A stretch of 64,000 nucleotides of DNA. It comes from an uncultured Planctomycetaceae bacterium. GTDB taxonomy: Bacteria; Planctomycetota; Planctomycetia; Planctomycetales; Planctomycetaceae. The notes beneath the pieces were generated by a model. That model did no database searches, was not told where the DNA came from, and saw only the letters and a program-made list of their open reading frames with translations. A program made the translations under genes and the position numbers. The stretch is taken from the NCBI GenBank assembly GCA_963813715.1, contig CAWFAK010000005.1, forward strand, positions 1,408,001 through 1,472,000. Reading direction: 5' to 3'. Below are positions 52,801-64,000 of this stretch, piece by piece. Numbering within the stretch: position 1 is the stretch's first letter; each line of letters begins with the position of its first letter.

Positions 52801-53163
52801 TCACAACGAATCCCAGCACATGACATCAATGACAAACCACAGATGGGCGATCAATAAGCCGACCAAATTCGCCGCGGCGAAAAGCACTCCGAGCAGCACA
52901 ACAACTGCCACACCGGCAGATGTTCTGCACCACGAGGCATTGGTTATCACGGCAAACGCCCACAAGCCAGCACCCGCGAGGAACCCCAAAAACATCGGGA
53001 CGGTGAGAACATTTTCGAGAACCGTCGACCTCGCGCCGCCTCGCGTTTCGGCTTCATACTCGATCAAAAAGGCAACCGCGGTCGGACCCCAAAAAAGAAG
53101 CAACGCTGTTAGATACCACCGGATTAGCGAAGCCTTCTTCGGTGCGTCTCCTCGCCGAAGCAA
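52801..53163 (-). CDS. hypothetical membrane protein
   Basis: three hydrophobic segments; visibly lower GC than neighbours; start uncertain. Confidence 0.45.
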   Translation of the reverse strand: MLRRGDAPKKASLIRWYLTALLLFWGPTAVAFLIEYEAETRGGARSTVLENVLTVPMFLGFLAGAGLWAFAVITNASWCRTSAGVAVVVLLGVLFAAANLVGLLIAHLWFVIDVMCWDSL

Positions 53164-53243
53164 TGGAAGTTCGGGTTCCGCCAGTGGGACTCAGGCGAAA
53201 CACGCCGGCAAGGATAACGCGCGATTAGGTTTGCCCCGGCGGC

Positions 53244-54500
53244 TCAGGAGTAGGACGCGGGCGGGAAAATCTCGCCACCTCGGCCTTGTTGGATCAGCGG
53301 GATGTAGGTCTCGAGTTCCGCCGACGTCTTCGGGTCGGTCAGGTCGACCGTCGCGCGGCGCTCGGCCGACAGGTAAGCGGCCATCGTCAGCCGGGCGATC
53401 TCGACACCGTAATGCCAGTCCAAGAGTGGCGGCCGGCCGGAGAGCAGGGCGTCGCGGGCATCGACGTTTTCGTCCGTGTAGCCGTAGAGGTCGGGCTCGT
53501 TCGGCTGGACGGCGAGCAGGCCGCGGCTGGCCGTCGATTTTTCCAGGGCCGATTCGGAGTCGGCCACGCCGCGGGCCGCGTCGTCGCCCACGAACAGTTC
53601 CAGCGTCGAGCGGAGGGTATTCGCCTCGAACGCGTAGCCGGGACCGAGCCCGTCGAGAGACAGCCGCAGCCCTTGCTTGTCGTACATCCAAGACGACGTG
53701 AATTGAGCCTGCGACAGGCGACCCGTCTCGGGATTCTTGTAAGTCACCATCCCGGTGGCGAAGTCCTCGGCCGGCGTCTTTGCGTAATCGACATTGAATC
53801 GCTCGACGAGCTTTTTCCGCCACGCGGGCTGGCCCCACTTGAGGAGCGCGAGATTGGCCGAGACCGATTGCGGCTCGAGGAACGTGGGGGCCTTGCCGGG
53901 AGGCGTCAGGGCGTACCAGCCGACGGCCAGGCAGTGACAGCCCATGTCGCTCAAGACTCCGCCACCCTGCCGGGTCGGATCCCAGAACCAGGCGTTATGC
54001 GGTCCGGAGTGCTCTTCCCCCGAACGGACGAGGACCGGTGGCCCCATCGCCGCCATCACGGACGCCAGCTGCGTCCGGGTCGACTGCAGGGTCTTCATGT
54101 GCAGCTGGTTCTCAAAGTAGATATGCCGCAGCCCGGCGTCCTCGACGAGCTGGACCATCCGCCGCGCCTCGGCCAGGTTGCGGGCCAGCGGCTTCTCGCA
54201 GATCACCGCCTTCAGCGGACTGCCGGCTTTGACCGCCTCGACCACTTCTTGCACGTGCTCCAGCCGCGCGAAATTCGGCGCGAAGAGCGCAATCACATCG
54301 ACATGCAGTGCCATCTCGCGGATCGACGAATAGATCCGACCGGCACCGAGTCCCTGCGATTGAACAAGTTCCGCGAGCGCCGTGGGCGGCCGACGCGACA
54401 CCAGGCCGGCGACTTCAATCCCTCGCACCGCGGCCAGGGCCCGCAGCTGAAAGCCGGTAATGAAACCGCCGCCGACGATGCCGTAACGAATGGGGGACAT
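53244..54500 (-). CDS. Gfo/Idh/MocA oxidoreductase
   Basis: YGIVGGGFI, ICEKPLARN, GGGVLSDMGCH. Confidence 0.9.
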   Translation of the reverse strand: MSPIRYGIVGGGFITGFQLRALAAVRGIEVAGLVSRRPPTALAELVQSQGLGAGRIYSSIREMALHVDVIALFAPNFARLEHVQEVVEAVKAGSPLKAVICEKPLARNLAEARRMVQLVEDAGLRHIYFENQLHMKTLQSTRTQLASVMAAMGPPVLVRSGEEHSGPHNAWFWDPTRQGGGVLSDMGCHCLAVGWYALTPPGKAPTFLEPQSVSANLALLKWGQPAWRKKLVERFNVDYAKTPAEDFATGMVTYKNPETGRLSQAQFTSSWMYDKQGLRLSLDGLGPGYAFEANTLRSTLELFVGDDAARGVADSESALEKSTASRGLLAVQPNEPDLYGYTDENVDARDALLSGRPPLLDWHYGVEIARLTMAAYLSAERRATVDLTDPKTSAELETYIPLIQQGRGGEIFPPASYS

Positions 54501-54628
54501 GGCGCTTCAATGACAAAGAAGGGTCAAAACAGAGCGTTTGGCCCGTTCATGTCAGCGGCGCGCAGCACGCATGTCAATCGTGGCGTTGAGGGCGAGCGTC
54601 GAGGAGAGCTCGAGCGCACCGCGCCGAG

Positions 54629-56074
54629 CTACTCGCACGACTGGAAGCGGACGCTGCCGGCGATGAAGAAGACGACGGCGAAGGCGACCAGCATCATGCA
54701 GCACTCGAAGATCATCCGCGGGTCGGGCGAGGCCTTGCTCAACAGTTCTTCGTAGGCCATCAGCGACCAGGCGTGCGGCGTGGTCAGACTCAGCTCGCGC
54801 ATGGCATCGGGCAGCCATTTGCGGGGAGTGAAGCAGCCGCTGATTCCACCCATGGTGATCACGAGGATGGTGGCGTAGGCCGACACCTGCGATTCGCTGG
54901 TGACGCAGGTGGCGACCAGCAAGCCCAACGCGGTCGCCGCCATCGACGTGCAGAAAATCACCGGCAACAGCATCAGTGGGTAAGCACCCCACGAGAAATC
55001 AAAAATGATCCGGCCGCAAACGAAGAGCAGCAGCGTCTGGGCGACGGACAGGATCAGGAACGGCATCGTTTTGCCGGAGAGGATCGAAATCGGCCGCACC
55101 GGCGCAATTCGCAGGCGGCGAAGCGTCCCCTGCTCCCGCTCGTGGAGCACCGAGCGAGCCATGAAGCTCACGATGAAGAAGACAAAGAACACCGTGTACG
55201 ACGGCACGATGGCGTTGTAGACCTCTTCGCTGCGGACGATGGGACGGGGCGTCGACGCTTCGGGCTGCAGGTTCGGCTTGTCGTTCTCTTCGTCGAACTG
55301 CGCGCAGGTCGTCGACATGAACCGTCGGTGCAGCGAGTAGCGACACATGACCGGCGGAACGATCGTTTTAAAGACGACCGAGAACGCCAGTTGCTCGATC
55401 AGCGAGTGCGTGCTCGATTCGGGCTCGCGGCTGATGAGCGACACGTCGAGCGAGCCGAGTCCGTCTTTCAATTGGTTGTCGAGGATGTCGCCCGGCTTGA
55501 GATGGCTCACTTGCCGGTAAAAGTTCGGGCCGATCACCAGGGCGGCGTTCACGGAGCCGTTGTCGACTTCGGTCTGCGCCCGGTCCGGAGTGAGGATTTC
55601 TTTAATCTCGAAACCGCCCCGCTGCTGCAGTTCGTTAATCACTTTGACAATGATGTTGCGGGCGATTTTCTTCTGCGTGATTTTTTCTTCGGCGTCGAGC
55701 GTTTCGGCCGAGCTCTTGGCGACGGCTGTTGCCGGTTCGTTCCCGTCAGCCGGTTTGGCCTCGGTCGGCTTGGTCTCGGTCAATTTAGTCTCGGGCGGCT
55801 TGTCGTCGGCGGACTTGGTGTCGCTCGACTTGCTCGCGCCCTTGCTGTCCGAGTCATCGTCGTCCCAGCCCGCCTGGCCGATCTGCTCATACGCGACGGC
55901 ATCGACGACCCCGACCTTGAGCACCTGGTTGGTGTTCTTCCAACCGAGCAGCTTGCCCATCGTCAGGCCGATGATCGTGATGAACACCAACGGCAGCACG
56001 AGCAGCACAAAGAGCGCTCGGGCGTCGCGAAGGAGGATCTTCAGATCCTTCCTGGTGATTTCCCACGCTTTCAT
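54629..56074 (-). CDS. ABC-2 exporter permease
   Basis: KDLKILLRD, EREQGTLRRLRIAP, GGISGCFTP, TPHAW. Confidence 0.9.
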   Translation of the reverse strand: MKAWEITRKDLKILLRDARALFVLLVLPLVFITIIGLTMGKLLGWKNTNQVLKVGVVDAVAYEQIGQAGWDDDDSDSKGASKSSDTKSADDKPPETKLTETKPTEAKPADGNEPATAVAKSSAETLDAEEKITQKKIARNIIVKVINELQQRGGFEIKEILTPDRAQTEVDNGSVNAALVIGPNFYRQVSHLKPGDILDNQLKDGLGSLDVSLISREPESSTHSLIEQLAFSVVFKTIVPPVMCRYSLHRRFMSTTCAQFDEENDKPNLQPEASTPRPIVRSEEVYNAIVPSYTVFFVFFIVSFMARSVLHEREQGTLRRLRIAPVRPISILSGKTMPFLILSVAQTLLLFVCGRIIFDFSWGAYPLMLLPVIFCTSMAATALGLLVATCVTSESQVSAYATILVITMGGISGCFTPRKWLPDAMRELSLTTPHAWSLMAYEELLSKASPDPRMIFECCMMLVAFAVVFFIAGSVRFQSCE

Positions 56075-56143
56075 AGCGGTCTTTTGCTTGCAGTCTGTTG
56101 ATTACGGTGGACGGTTTTAGCGGCGAGCCGGAGTCGGTGCTGG

Positions 56144-57091
56144 TTAGTCCCGCAAGCGGCTGCCGGTCATTTGCAGGAACAGTCGCTCGAGGTTGGCATC
56201 GTTGGTCTTCACGGCACGCAGGTCGACGTGCGACTGATCGAGCAGTTGCAAAATTCGCGTAAGCGTTTCGTTGAGCCGGTCTTTCTCCTCGACCGATCCC
56301 CGCGGCACGACAATCGTCGCCGAGCCGTTGTGACCTTGTTCGATCCGACCCAAAGGTCCCAGCTTGGCGGCCAGGCCGTTGGTCGGACGCGAAACCCGCA
56401 GACACAGGTCGGCACTCAGGCGACTGAGCAGCGTCTGCAAATTGTCGCAGGCGAGCACGCGGCCTCGATCGACGATGGCCACACGCGTGCAGAGCGCCTC
56501 GACCTCTTCCATGTAATGGCTGGCGTAAACGGAGGCGACGCCTTCGGCACTCAGCGCCCGCACGCAGTCGAGCAGGTGGGCTCGCGACTGCGGATCGACG
56601 CCCACCGTGGGCTCGTCGAGGATCAGGAGTCGCGGCCGATGCAACAGGGCCACGCCGAAGTTGAGCCGGCGCTTCATACCGCCGGAAAAATTCTCCGCCC
56701 GGTCGTTCGCGCGGCCGGTGAGCCCGGTGCGCTCCAGAGATTCATTGATTCGTTGTTTGAGAGTCCGCCCCTTGATGCCGTAGAGGCGGCCGAAAAAGTC
56801 GAGGTTCTCCCGCGCCGACAAATCGGGGTAGATCGCCAGATCTTGCGGCACCACTCCGAGCGCCTGGCGGAGGTCGCGGTTTTCGGGCGACAGCTCGCGC
56901 CCCTCGAGGCGGATCGCGCCCGAGTCGGGTGCGAGCAGGCCGACGATCATGTTCATCGTCGTCGACTTGCCGGCGCCGTTGGGCCCGAGGAGGCCGAAGA
57001 CCTCGCCGGGGGCAACCGAAAAGCTCACGTCTTCAACGGCGACCAGGTTGCCGAAGGTCTTCCGGAGATTGCAGACTTCAAGGAGGTTCAT
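56144..57091 (-). CDS. ABC-2 exporter ATP-binding protein
   Basis: GPNGAGKST, FSGGMKRR, ILDEPTVGVD, SHYMEE. Confidence 0.93.
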   Translation of the reverse strand: MNLLEVCNLRKTFGNLVAVEDVSFSVAPGEVFGLLGPNGAGKSTTMNMIVGLLAPDSGAIRLEGRELSPENRDLRQALGVVPQDLAIYPDLSARENLDFFGRLYGIKGRTLKQRINESLERTGLTGRANDRAENFSGGMKRRLNFGVALLHRPRLLILDEPTVGVDPQSRAHLLDCVRALSAEGVASVYASHYMEEVEALCTRVAIVDRGRVLACDNLQTLLSRLSADLCLRVSRPTNGLAAKLGPLGRIEQGHNGSATIVVPRGSVEEKDRLNETLTRILQLLDQSHVDLRAVKTNDANLERLFLQMTGSRLRD

Positions 57092-57537
57092 CACGTCAGA
57101 TTTCTTCGCGTCGGCAAAGTCCGAACGTTGTCCGCGACCGTGTGACGGGTAATTTAAGTCATCGTCATTTCAATCGATCCGAATCTACGTGGACGGAAAC
57201 CGCGGACGCTTAACGGCGGCAAAGCGAGCCGACGAAGCCGGTTCGAACGATCAACGTCGATGAACAGTGCCAGCGGGGTTTCGGCAAGCACGGCTGAGTC
57301 TGCGGATGAGCCAAATTATTGGGGCAGGCGGCCGGTTGACCCCCGAACAGTTGGCAGACGATTGGCCGGCCGCGGCGCGGCGGACAAGGCAAGAGAGGGC
57401 CGCGGACCGCTGCGCGTGACGTGTCGCCGCGCCCATAGAGAAGGGAGTGATAAGGAGGCCGGCTTCTCAACTCGTTGCAATTCCAACCTGCACGGCTAGG
57501 ATACAACCAGCGCACGGCTTCCAAAGGATCCTCTCAC

Positions 57538-59367
<1,830 letters not shown>

Positions 59368-59435
59368 TCGCCCCACCACGACTCGACCTGGCACTCCTCG
59401 AATTGCGGGGCCGTCAACGGGCGTGGAGCATCCCA

Positions 59436-59645
59436 ATGGCAGACCTGGCAATTGCTTTGATCCCCCTAATCGTCCTATTCGCCCTCATGGTGATGCTGAT
59501 CGGGACGAGCGCCCATTTTCAGCGCAAAAAATCCCTGAAATTGCAAGTTGAGACGAACGAGCTGCTGCGAGAGCTTATCGCAGAGTTTCGCGCAGGCGGT
59601 CAAGCCCCGGAACCGCAGCCAGCCTTGCAGAAACTTTCAAACTGA
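59436..59645 (+). CDS. small membrane protein (69 aa)
   Basis: GGAG RBS; MADLAIALIPLIVLFALMVMLIG TM segment then a helical tail. Confidence 0.6.
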   Translation: MADLAIALIPLIVLFALMVMLIGTSAHFQRKKSLKLQVETNELLRELIAEFRAGGQAPEPQPALQKLSN

Positions 59646-59720
59646 CCCACTGCCCCACCGCGCCCTCCCTCCGACTTGCCCGCCTGAATTCTGCGTCTGA
59701 CCGCAAGAACCCAGCCTTTG

Positions 59721-60962
59721 ATGTTCAGTACCCGCCGAGAATTCCTCGCAGGTTCCGCTTCATCTCTGGCGCTCGCCGCCTACGGTCGGCGTGCGCAATC
59801 CGCCGGTCGCGGAAAGACCGACGCTCCCGGACGGCTGTTGTTCACTTCGCAGGGCAAAACGGGCATCGTCAACACCGACGGTAGCGGACTGCGCTATTTC
59901 GACTTCAAGGTTCCCAAGCAGGCGACGTGGCAACCCTCGCTGACATTCAGCGACGGCCACCGAATCGTCTTTTTGAGCATGGAGCCGCGGCGCGACGGGC
60001 CGGGTCGGCCGTTCTCGCAGTACTACTCGCAGACGCCGACGCACATTTGGATCCACGACCTCAAGTCGGGTTCACTCGAGGAAATCTGCACCAAGAATCG
60101 GCTGGCCTCCTTCGAGACGCCCAGCTTGCTCGTGGGCGACGACCGAATTCTGGTGCAGGTCGTCCGCGATATGGTCGGTCAGGTCTACAGCATGCGTCTC
60201 GACGGCAGCGACGCGCGCGAGTTCACCCGCGTAAACGAAGGAATGCCGTACGGATTCAACTTGTCGCCTGACCGCATGCGCGTCGCCTTCCATCTGGGCG
60301 GGGGTGAGGGGTACCAGGTTTGGACGAGTGACCTGGAGGGCAAGCAGCGGATTCGCATTGCCGCAAAGCCGGGACATTTGTACTTCGGCCCGAGCTGGTC
60401 GCCCGACGGGCGATCGATCGCGTTCGTCGATTGCCAGCCCGGAGAGGAGCCGGGACACGATTGGGCCGACGTTTGTGTCGCACACGCGGACGGCAGCGGA
60501 TACCAAACCGTCACGACAGGCAAGCAGATGTGGTTTTACGCGACCTTTGGCGATCTCAAGAGGCGGGGCGGTGGATCAAACCTGCTGGGCTGGACGACGA
60601 ACGGCGAAATTCTGTTCCCGCGACGTTCTGCCGGCTCGGAGGTCGCGTGGAGATACCAAGCCGCGCGGCCCGACGTCGACCATTTCAATCGCGACTATCA
60701 TCCCGAGTTGGCACGCGGCGGCACCGAGATTTGCTTGCTCAATCCGGTAACGGGTCATGCGGTCGGAGTCTCGAAGACCTCCCGTCCGTTCTGGGATTTT
60801 CGACCGACCCAGTCGCGGGACGGACGATTTATCGCGTTCTGCCGCGCCGCAACGGGTCACGCCCCAGAGCTCTGGGTCATAAATTCCGACGGATCGAACC
60901 CGCGATTGATCACACGCGGCGTCGATGATCGAGGAGTCGAATACCCGCGCTGGCTGACCTGA
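59721..60962 (+). CDS. Tat-exported TolB/PD40-like beta-propeller
   Basis: TRREFL leader; LSPDR, PSWSPDG, SRDGRFIAF and NSDGSNPR repeats. Confidence 0.85.
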   Translation: MFSTRREFLAGSASSLALAAYGRRAQSAGRGKTDAPGRLLFTSQGKTGIVNTDGSGLRYFDFKVPKQATWQPSLTFSDGHRIVFLSMEPRRDGPGRPFSQYYSQTPTHIWIHDLKSGSLEEICTKNRLASFETPSLLVGDDRILVQVVRDMVGQVYSMRLDGSDAREFTRVNEGMPYGFNLSPDRMRVAFHLGGGEGYQVWTSDLEGKQRIRIAAKPGHLYFGPSWSPDGRSIAFVDCQPGEEPGHDWADVCVAHADGSGYQTVTTGKQMWFYATFGDLKRRGGGSNLLGWTTNGEILFPRRSAGSEVAWRYQAARPDVDHFNRDYHPELARGGTEICLLNPVTGHAVGVSKTSRPFWDFRPTQSRDGRFIAFCRAATGHAPELWVINSDGSNPRLITRGVDDRGVEYPRWLT

Positions 60963-60978
60963 GACGCGAGCGCTTTAC

Positions 60979-61016
60979 AAAAAAGCATCGGCAGGACCTT
61001 GCGATCCTGCCGATGC
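60979..61016 (-). terminator. intrinsic terminator between convergent genes
   Basis: A6-GCATCGGCAGGA...TCCTGCCGATGC. Confidence 0.8.
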
Positions 61017-61050
61017 GTTCGATTCCTGGCTAGCGGAGCGTAGCGAAGTT

Positions 61051-62260
61051 TTACCAGGTGAATCCGGTCGCGACCGTAAAGCCGACCAAGTTGTTCTCCA
61101 CGGTTCCGATCGAGCCGTTGGATTGGGCGGCCCCGGTGCCAGAGACAGCAAACGAACTGCTGGAGGCCGAACCGTCGTTGCCCAAGTTCCAGTACTGGTA
61201 CTCGACGGCAACGCGGAAGAAGGCGCACATCGGCAGGCACTTCAGCTCGTGGTCCCACTCGACGCCGGCCAAAGCCTCGACGATGAACGCGGTGTCCCAA
61301 TTATCGGAAAACGCGCGTATTCGTCGATGTTGCGGCACCGTCGACTTCGGTGACGGTGGCCTGGGTCTGAACCGTGCGCTCGGCCTCGCCCCACAAGACT
61401 GAGCCGCGAACCCCGTAGACGAGGTTGAGGCAGCCGTCGCAGGTCAGGGGCGTCCGACCCAGGAAGCCAACGGTGATACCAGCACCGTTGAACGTGAACT
61501 TGGTAAAGGCGCTGGTATTGAAGATTTCGGCGGGCGTGTTGTCGCGTGTGAGGTCGACAGCCTGGCCGGCCTCGAACGAAGCGTAGCGGGCGCCGAGAAA
61601 GCCGGTGAACTTATTGCCGCAGTAGCACAACGAATAGGTGCCTTCCAGGTCGACGGTGTACGCCTTGATGCGATCCATCGTGTACTGGCCGGTCGCACCG
61701 ACCGGGAGACTCTCCCACGGGTCGAGCCGGTTCGTCGAATCGCTCATATACCAGAAGCGACCCTCGATGCCCCAGCAATCCTCCTGGACGCCGGCCCAAA
61801 TTCGCGGCGAGAAGGTGAACTGGTCGAAGACCTGGCTGTTGCCTTGCTCGAACGTCGTGCCGGGGGGGGTCGTTTCTATCGACGAATCGACGACCATTCC
61901 CCGAGTTTGCACGTGGAAGATGGTCGCCTCGACGCCCGCGTTGAAAACGCACTTGGGCTCACAGAACGGTTCGCCAAATGTGTTGCAGCAGTTCGGCGGC
62001 GCCGGGCAAACTGACGAGGCGCAAGGAGCCGGCGCCGGGGCCGGCTGATTGCCGACACAGGGGGCCGAGGTGTCCATCGTCGCGTTCGTGGTGATCACCT
62101 TGGAATCACCGCTGTCCTGCGTCGCCGAGGTGAGAGAGTAATCCTCGAAGATCTTGGCAGGCGGGTCGTCGGACGCCGCAGCGTCCCCCGCCTGGGCGCA
62201 CAGCGGCAGGCACACAACGAGTGGCGCCGCGAACGCCAATTTCTTGAACAGTCCTTTCAT
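61051..62260 (-). CDS. outer-membrane beta-barrel (Lpg1974/BBP7-like; frameshift near 61320)
   Basis: signal peptide; Cys/Pro-rich N-terminus; alternating strands SPRIWAG, WGIEGRFW, GARYASF, RGSVLWG; ends GFTVATGFTW. Confidence 0.78.
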
Positions 62261-63056
62261 TGGTTTACTCCGTTGATTCCGTTCATACGGTTACTGGACA
62301 ACTGGATGACCGCAAGGTTTCTCGCTCCGCTTGCCTTGCGGGATACAGCGACCATCTGGCCCTGCAGACCCGTCATCGGCGGCGATTGACGTATCAAGCG
62401 GCTTGCTCCGGTTGCTGCGCGAAATCCAAACGCTCGGATTCCGCACAGAGTGACGTTCGTGACCATCGTCCTCGATCTGCCGACTGCAACACGAATATGG
62501 CGCGTGGCGGTAGATGCGGCAGATCCGTGAAGTTCGATACGACGTGGACAACCGGACCCTCGCGACGCTCGTTTCCCGCAAATTCGCGCCTTCGTGGCAA
62601 TCGGGCTCAACTTGGCGGCGGAGCGTGCGCGAAATTGGCGTCGCACGGATGGGGAATCGTCCAGACCGCTCGACCGTCGCTCTATCGCGGCACGAGCACG
62701 GAACCGGTGTTTACGTCGGTGCGAGACCAGGATTGCAGACTTGCCATTGCTTCGCGCGGAGTGACCGAGGGAGATGTCCGAACAGTGAGGCTTTGCCGGT
62801 TGCGTAATTCCGCTGGACCTTTTCGCCTGCGAGAACCCTGCCGACTGTACTGTTCCGGTTTTGACGAAAAGGCGCGGCGTATCGATTTTGCGAGTCATAA
62901 CGACGCCCGTCCGGATCGATTCTAAGACGAACGATCGTGGTCGTCGGCGGCGCATCGCGCCAGGGAAGCCGAGGTCACCATCGGCGGAGGCTTGCCGGCA
63001 AAATCTGCCGGCCCGGCACCGCGAAACTAAAGTGCTTTGGGCACTGGGGGAACACC

Positions 63057-64000
63057 ATGGAGGGTGGCCGCTCGATTCTTGGATATCCGGCACGGCTGCT
63101 GGCCGGCCGGGGGCGAGTTCTCGCCTGCAGTCTGCTGGCGGCGACCGCCGCGGCGGGCTCGTCGCGCGTCTGGGCCGACGACTCGGCGGTGCTGCGAACG
63201 CTGGCTCAGCGATTCGATTCACCAGTGAGCGTCTTTACCGAAGACGAGATCGCGGTCCCCTTCAATCAAACGGTGGCGCCCGGCCGCGTTTACGTGCGGC
63301 CGGTCGAAGCGCCGCCGTCTCTTGAATTGGAGATGGTGGCGCCGCAAGTGACGCCGATCTTCGTCCAGGCGCCCCGCGTTGTGGTCGCGCCGCCTCCGCC
63401 GCTCGGCCTGGCCATGGAAGCGCCCGTCGTCGTCCCGCAACGGATTGCGATGCGGAATCTTGATCCGCCTGCGCTTTCGCTGAGCGTGGCAGAACCGCCG
63501 GTGGTCATTCCGCCGCCGATCATCCAGACTCCGGCCGGTTACGCGCACTTCAACTCGCCCCAGGCCGACACCGTCTCGTCCGACGCGCTGCAGGTCGCCG
63601 GCTTGACCATGGCTTCCGCGGACCAACCGCCGCCGGCGCCGCCGGTTGACGGATCGACGCCTTCTCCCAACGCTGGCTCCCTCGGCCAGGTGGAGAAGCT
63701 GGGGGACGCGCCGCCGAGCAATTCGCTCGTCTTCTTGCGGACGCAGCAGGCCATCCTGCTCGAACCCGGCAAATGCCAGTTTGACTGGGGCCTCTCTTAC
63801 AGCGTCTTCAACGAGGACTTTGCCGTGCCCGAGTTCAACCACTCGGGAGCCCTCGTCAACGTCGCCACCGAACGCGAGCGGCTGCGGCTGCTGACAATTC
63901 CCTTCGCCGTGCGCTACGGAGTCTGTGACGGGTTGCAAGCCTACCTGAACGTGCCGCTGGGCTGGGCCAACGCGGAAGAAACGAACACCGACGGCGGCAG
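63057..64000 (+). CDS. FapF/MetA-pathway-like outer-membrane transporter, 5' part (runs off the window; absent from the ORF track)
   Basis: own translation from ATG 63057 (GGGGGA RBS) is open to the end: signal-like leader, Pro-rich region, then LLEPGKCQFDWGLSYS...LLTIPFAVRYGVCDGLQAYLNVPLGW. Confidence 0.75.
   Translation, partial: MEGGRSILGYPARLLAGRGRVLACSLLAATAAAGSSRVWADDSAVLRTLAQRFDSPVSVFTEDEIAVPFNQTVAPGRVYVRPVEAPPSLELEMVAPQVTPIFVQAPRVVVAPPPPLGLAMEAPVVVPQRIAMRNLDPPALSLSVAEPPVVIPPPIIQTPAGYAHFNSPQADTVSSDALQVAGLTMASADQPPPAPPVDGSTPSPNAGSLGQVEKLGDAPPSNSLVFLRTQQAILLEPGKCQFDWGLSYSVFNEDFAVPEFNHSGALVNVATERERLRLLTIPFAVRYGVCDGLQAYLNVPLGWANAEETNTDGG

Noticed and set aside
57270..57360. TPP riboswitch upstream of thiC
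   Set aside because: GGGG...GCTGAG and ACCC..GAAC fragments are present, but the CTGAGA, CCTGA and TAAT...GCGnAGG core elements are not, so it is not supportable by eye
62260..63222. ORFs of 221 and 321 aa between the two barrel genes
   Set aside because: Arg/Ser-rich composition with no motifs; the region is better read as a divergent regulatory spacer plus the start of the 63057 gene

Overview
GC-rich chromosomal window that almost certainly comes from a planctomycete. Evidence: a DUF1501 / DUF1549-DUF1553 / cytochrome-WD40 cassette, a DUF1559 prepilin-type gene, a LEERTLL-leader surface protein and hpnE. About 50 CDSs are supported, including a liv ABC operon, an MFS transporter, oxidoreductases, acyP, csrA, an ArgE-like M20 hydrolase, sodA, a two-component pair, ABC exporters, thiC and two outer-membrane beta-barrels. 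Roughly 15 apparent frameshifts interrupt otherwise intact genes, most simply explained as long-read indel errors. Two families of REP/REPIN-like palindromic repeats are scattered through the first 28 kb, and one copy sits in frame inside a signal peptide. The most novel-looking element is a tandem trio of small secreted paralogues (46.8-48.6 kb). They share a signal peptide, a conserved pro-region ending D-x-x-G-x-Q-[VI]-R-G, and a variable uncharged beta-prone core. Each has its own TTGACN-N18-TAGWKT promoter and its own terminator. A FapF-like barrel gene starts near the window end and may or may not be linked to them. Other highlights are an Sm/LSm-fold small protein, an unannotated structured ~200-nt RNA candidate upstream of sodA, and a secreted Gly/Ser-repeat plus His-rich heptad protein. 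All family assignments are by-eye motif recognition; no database searches were run.
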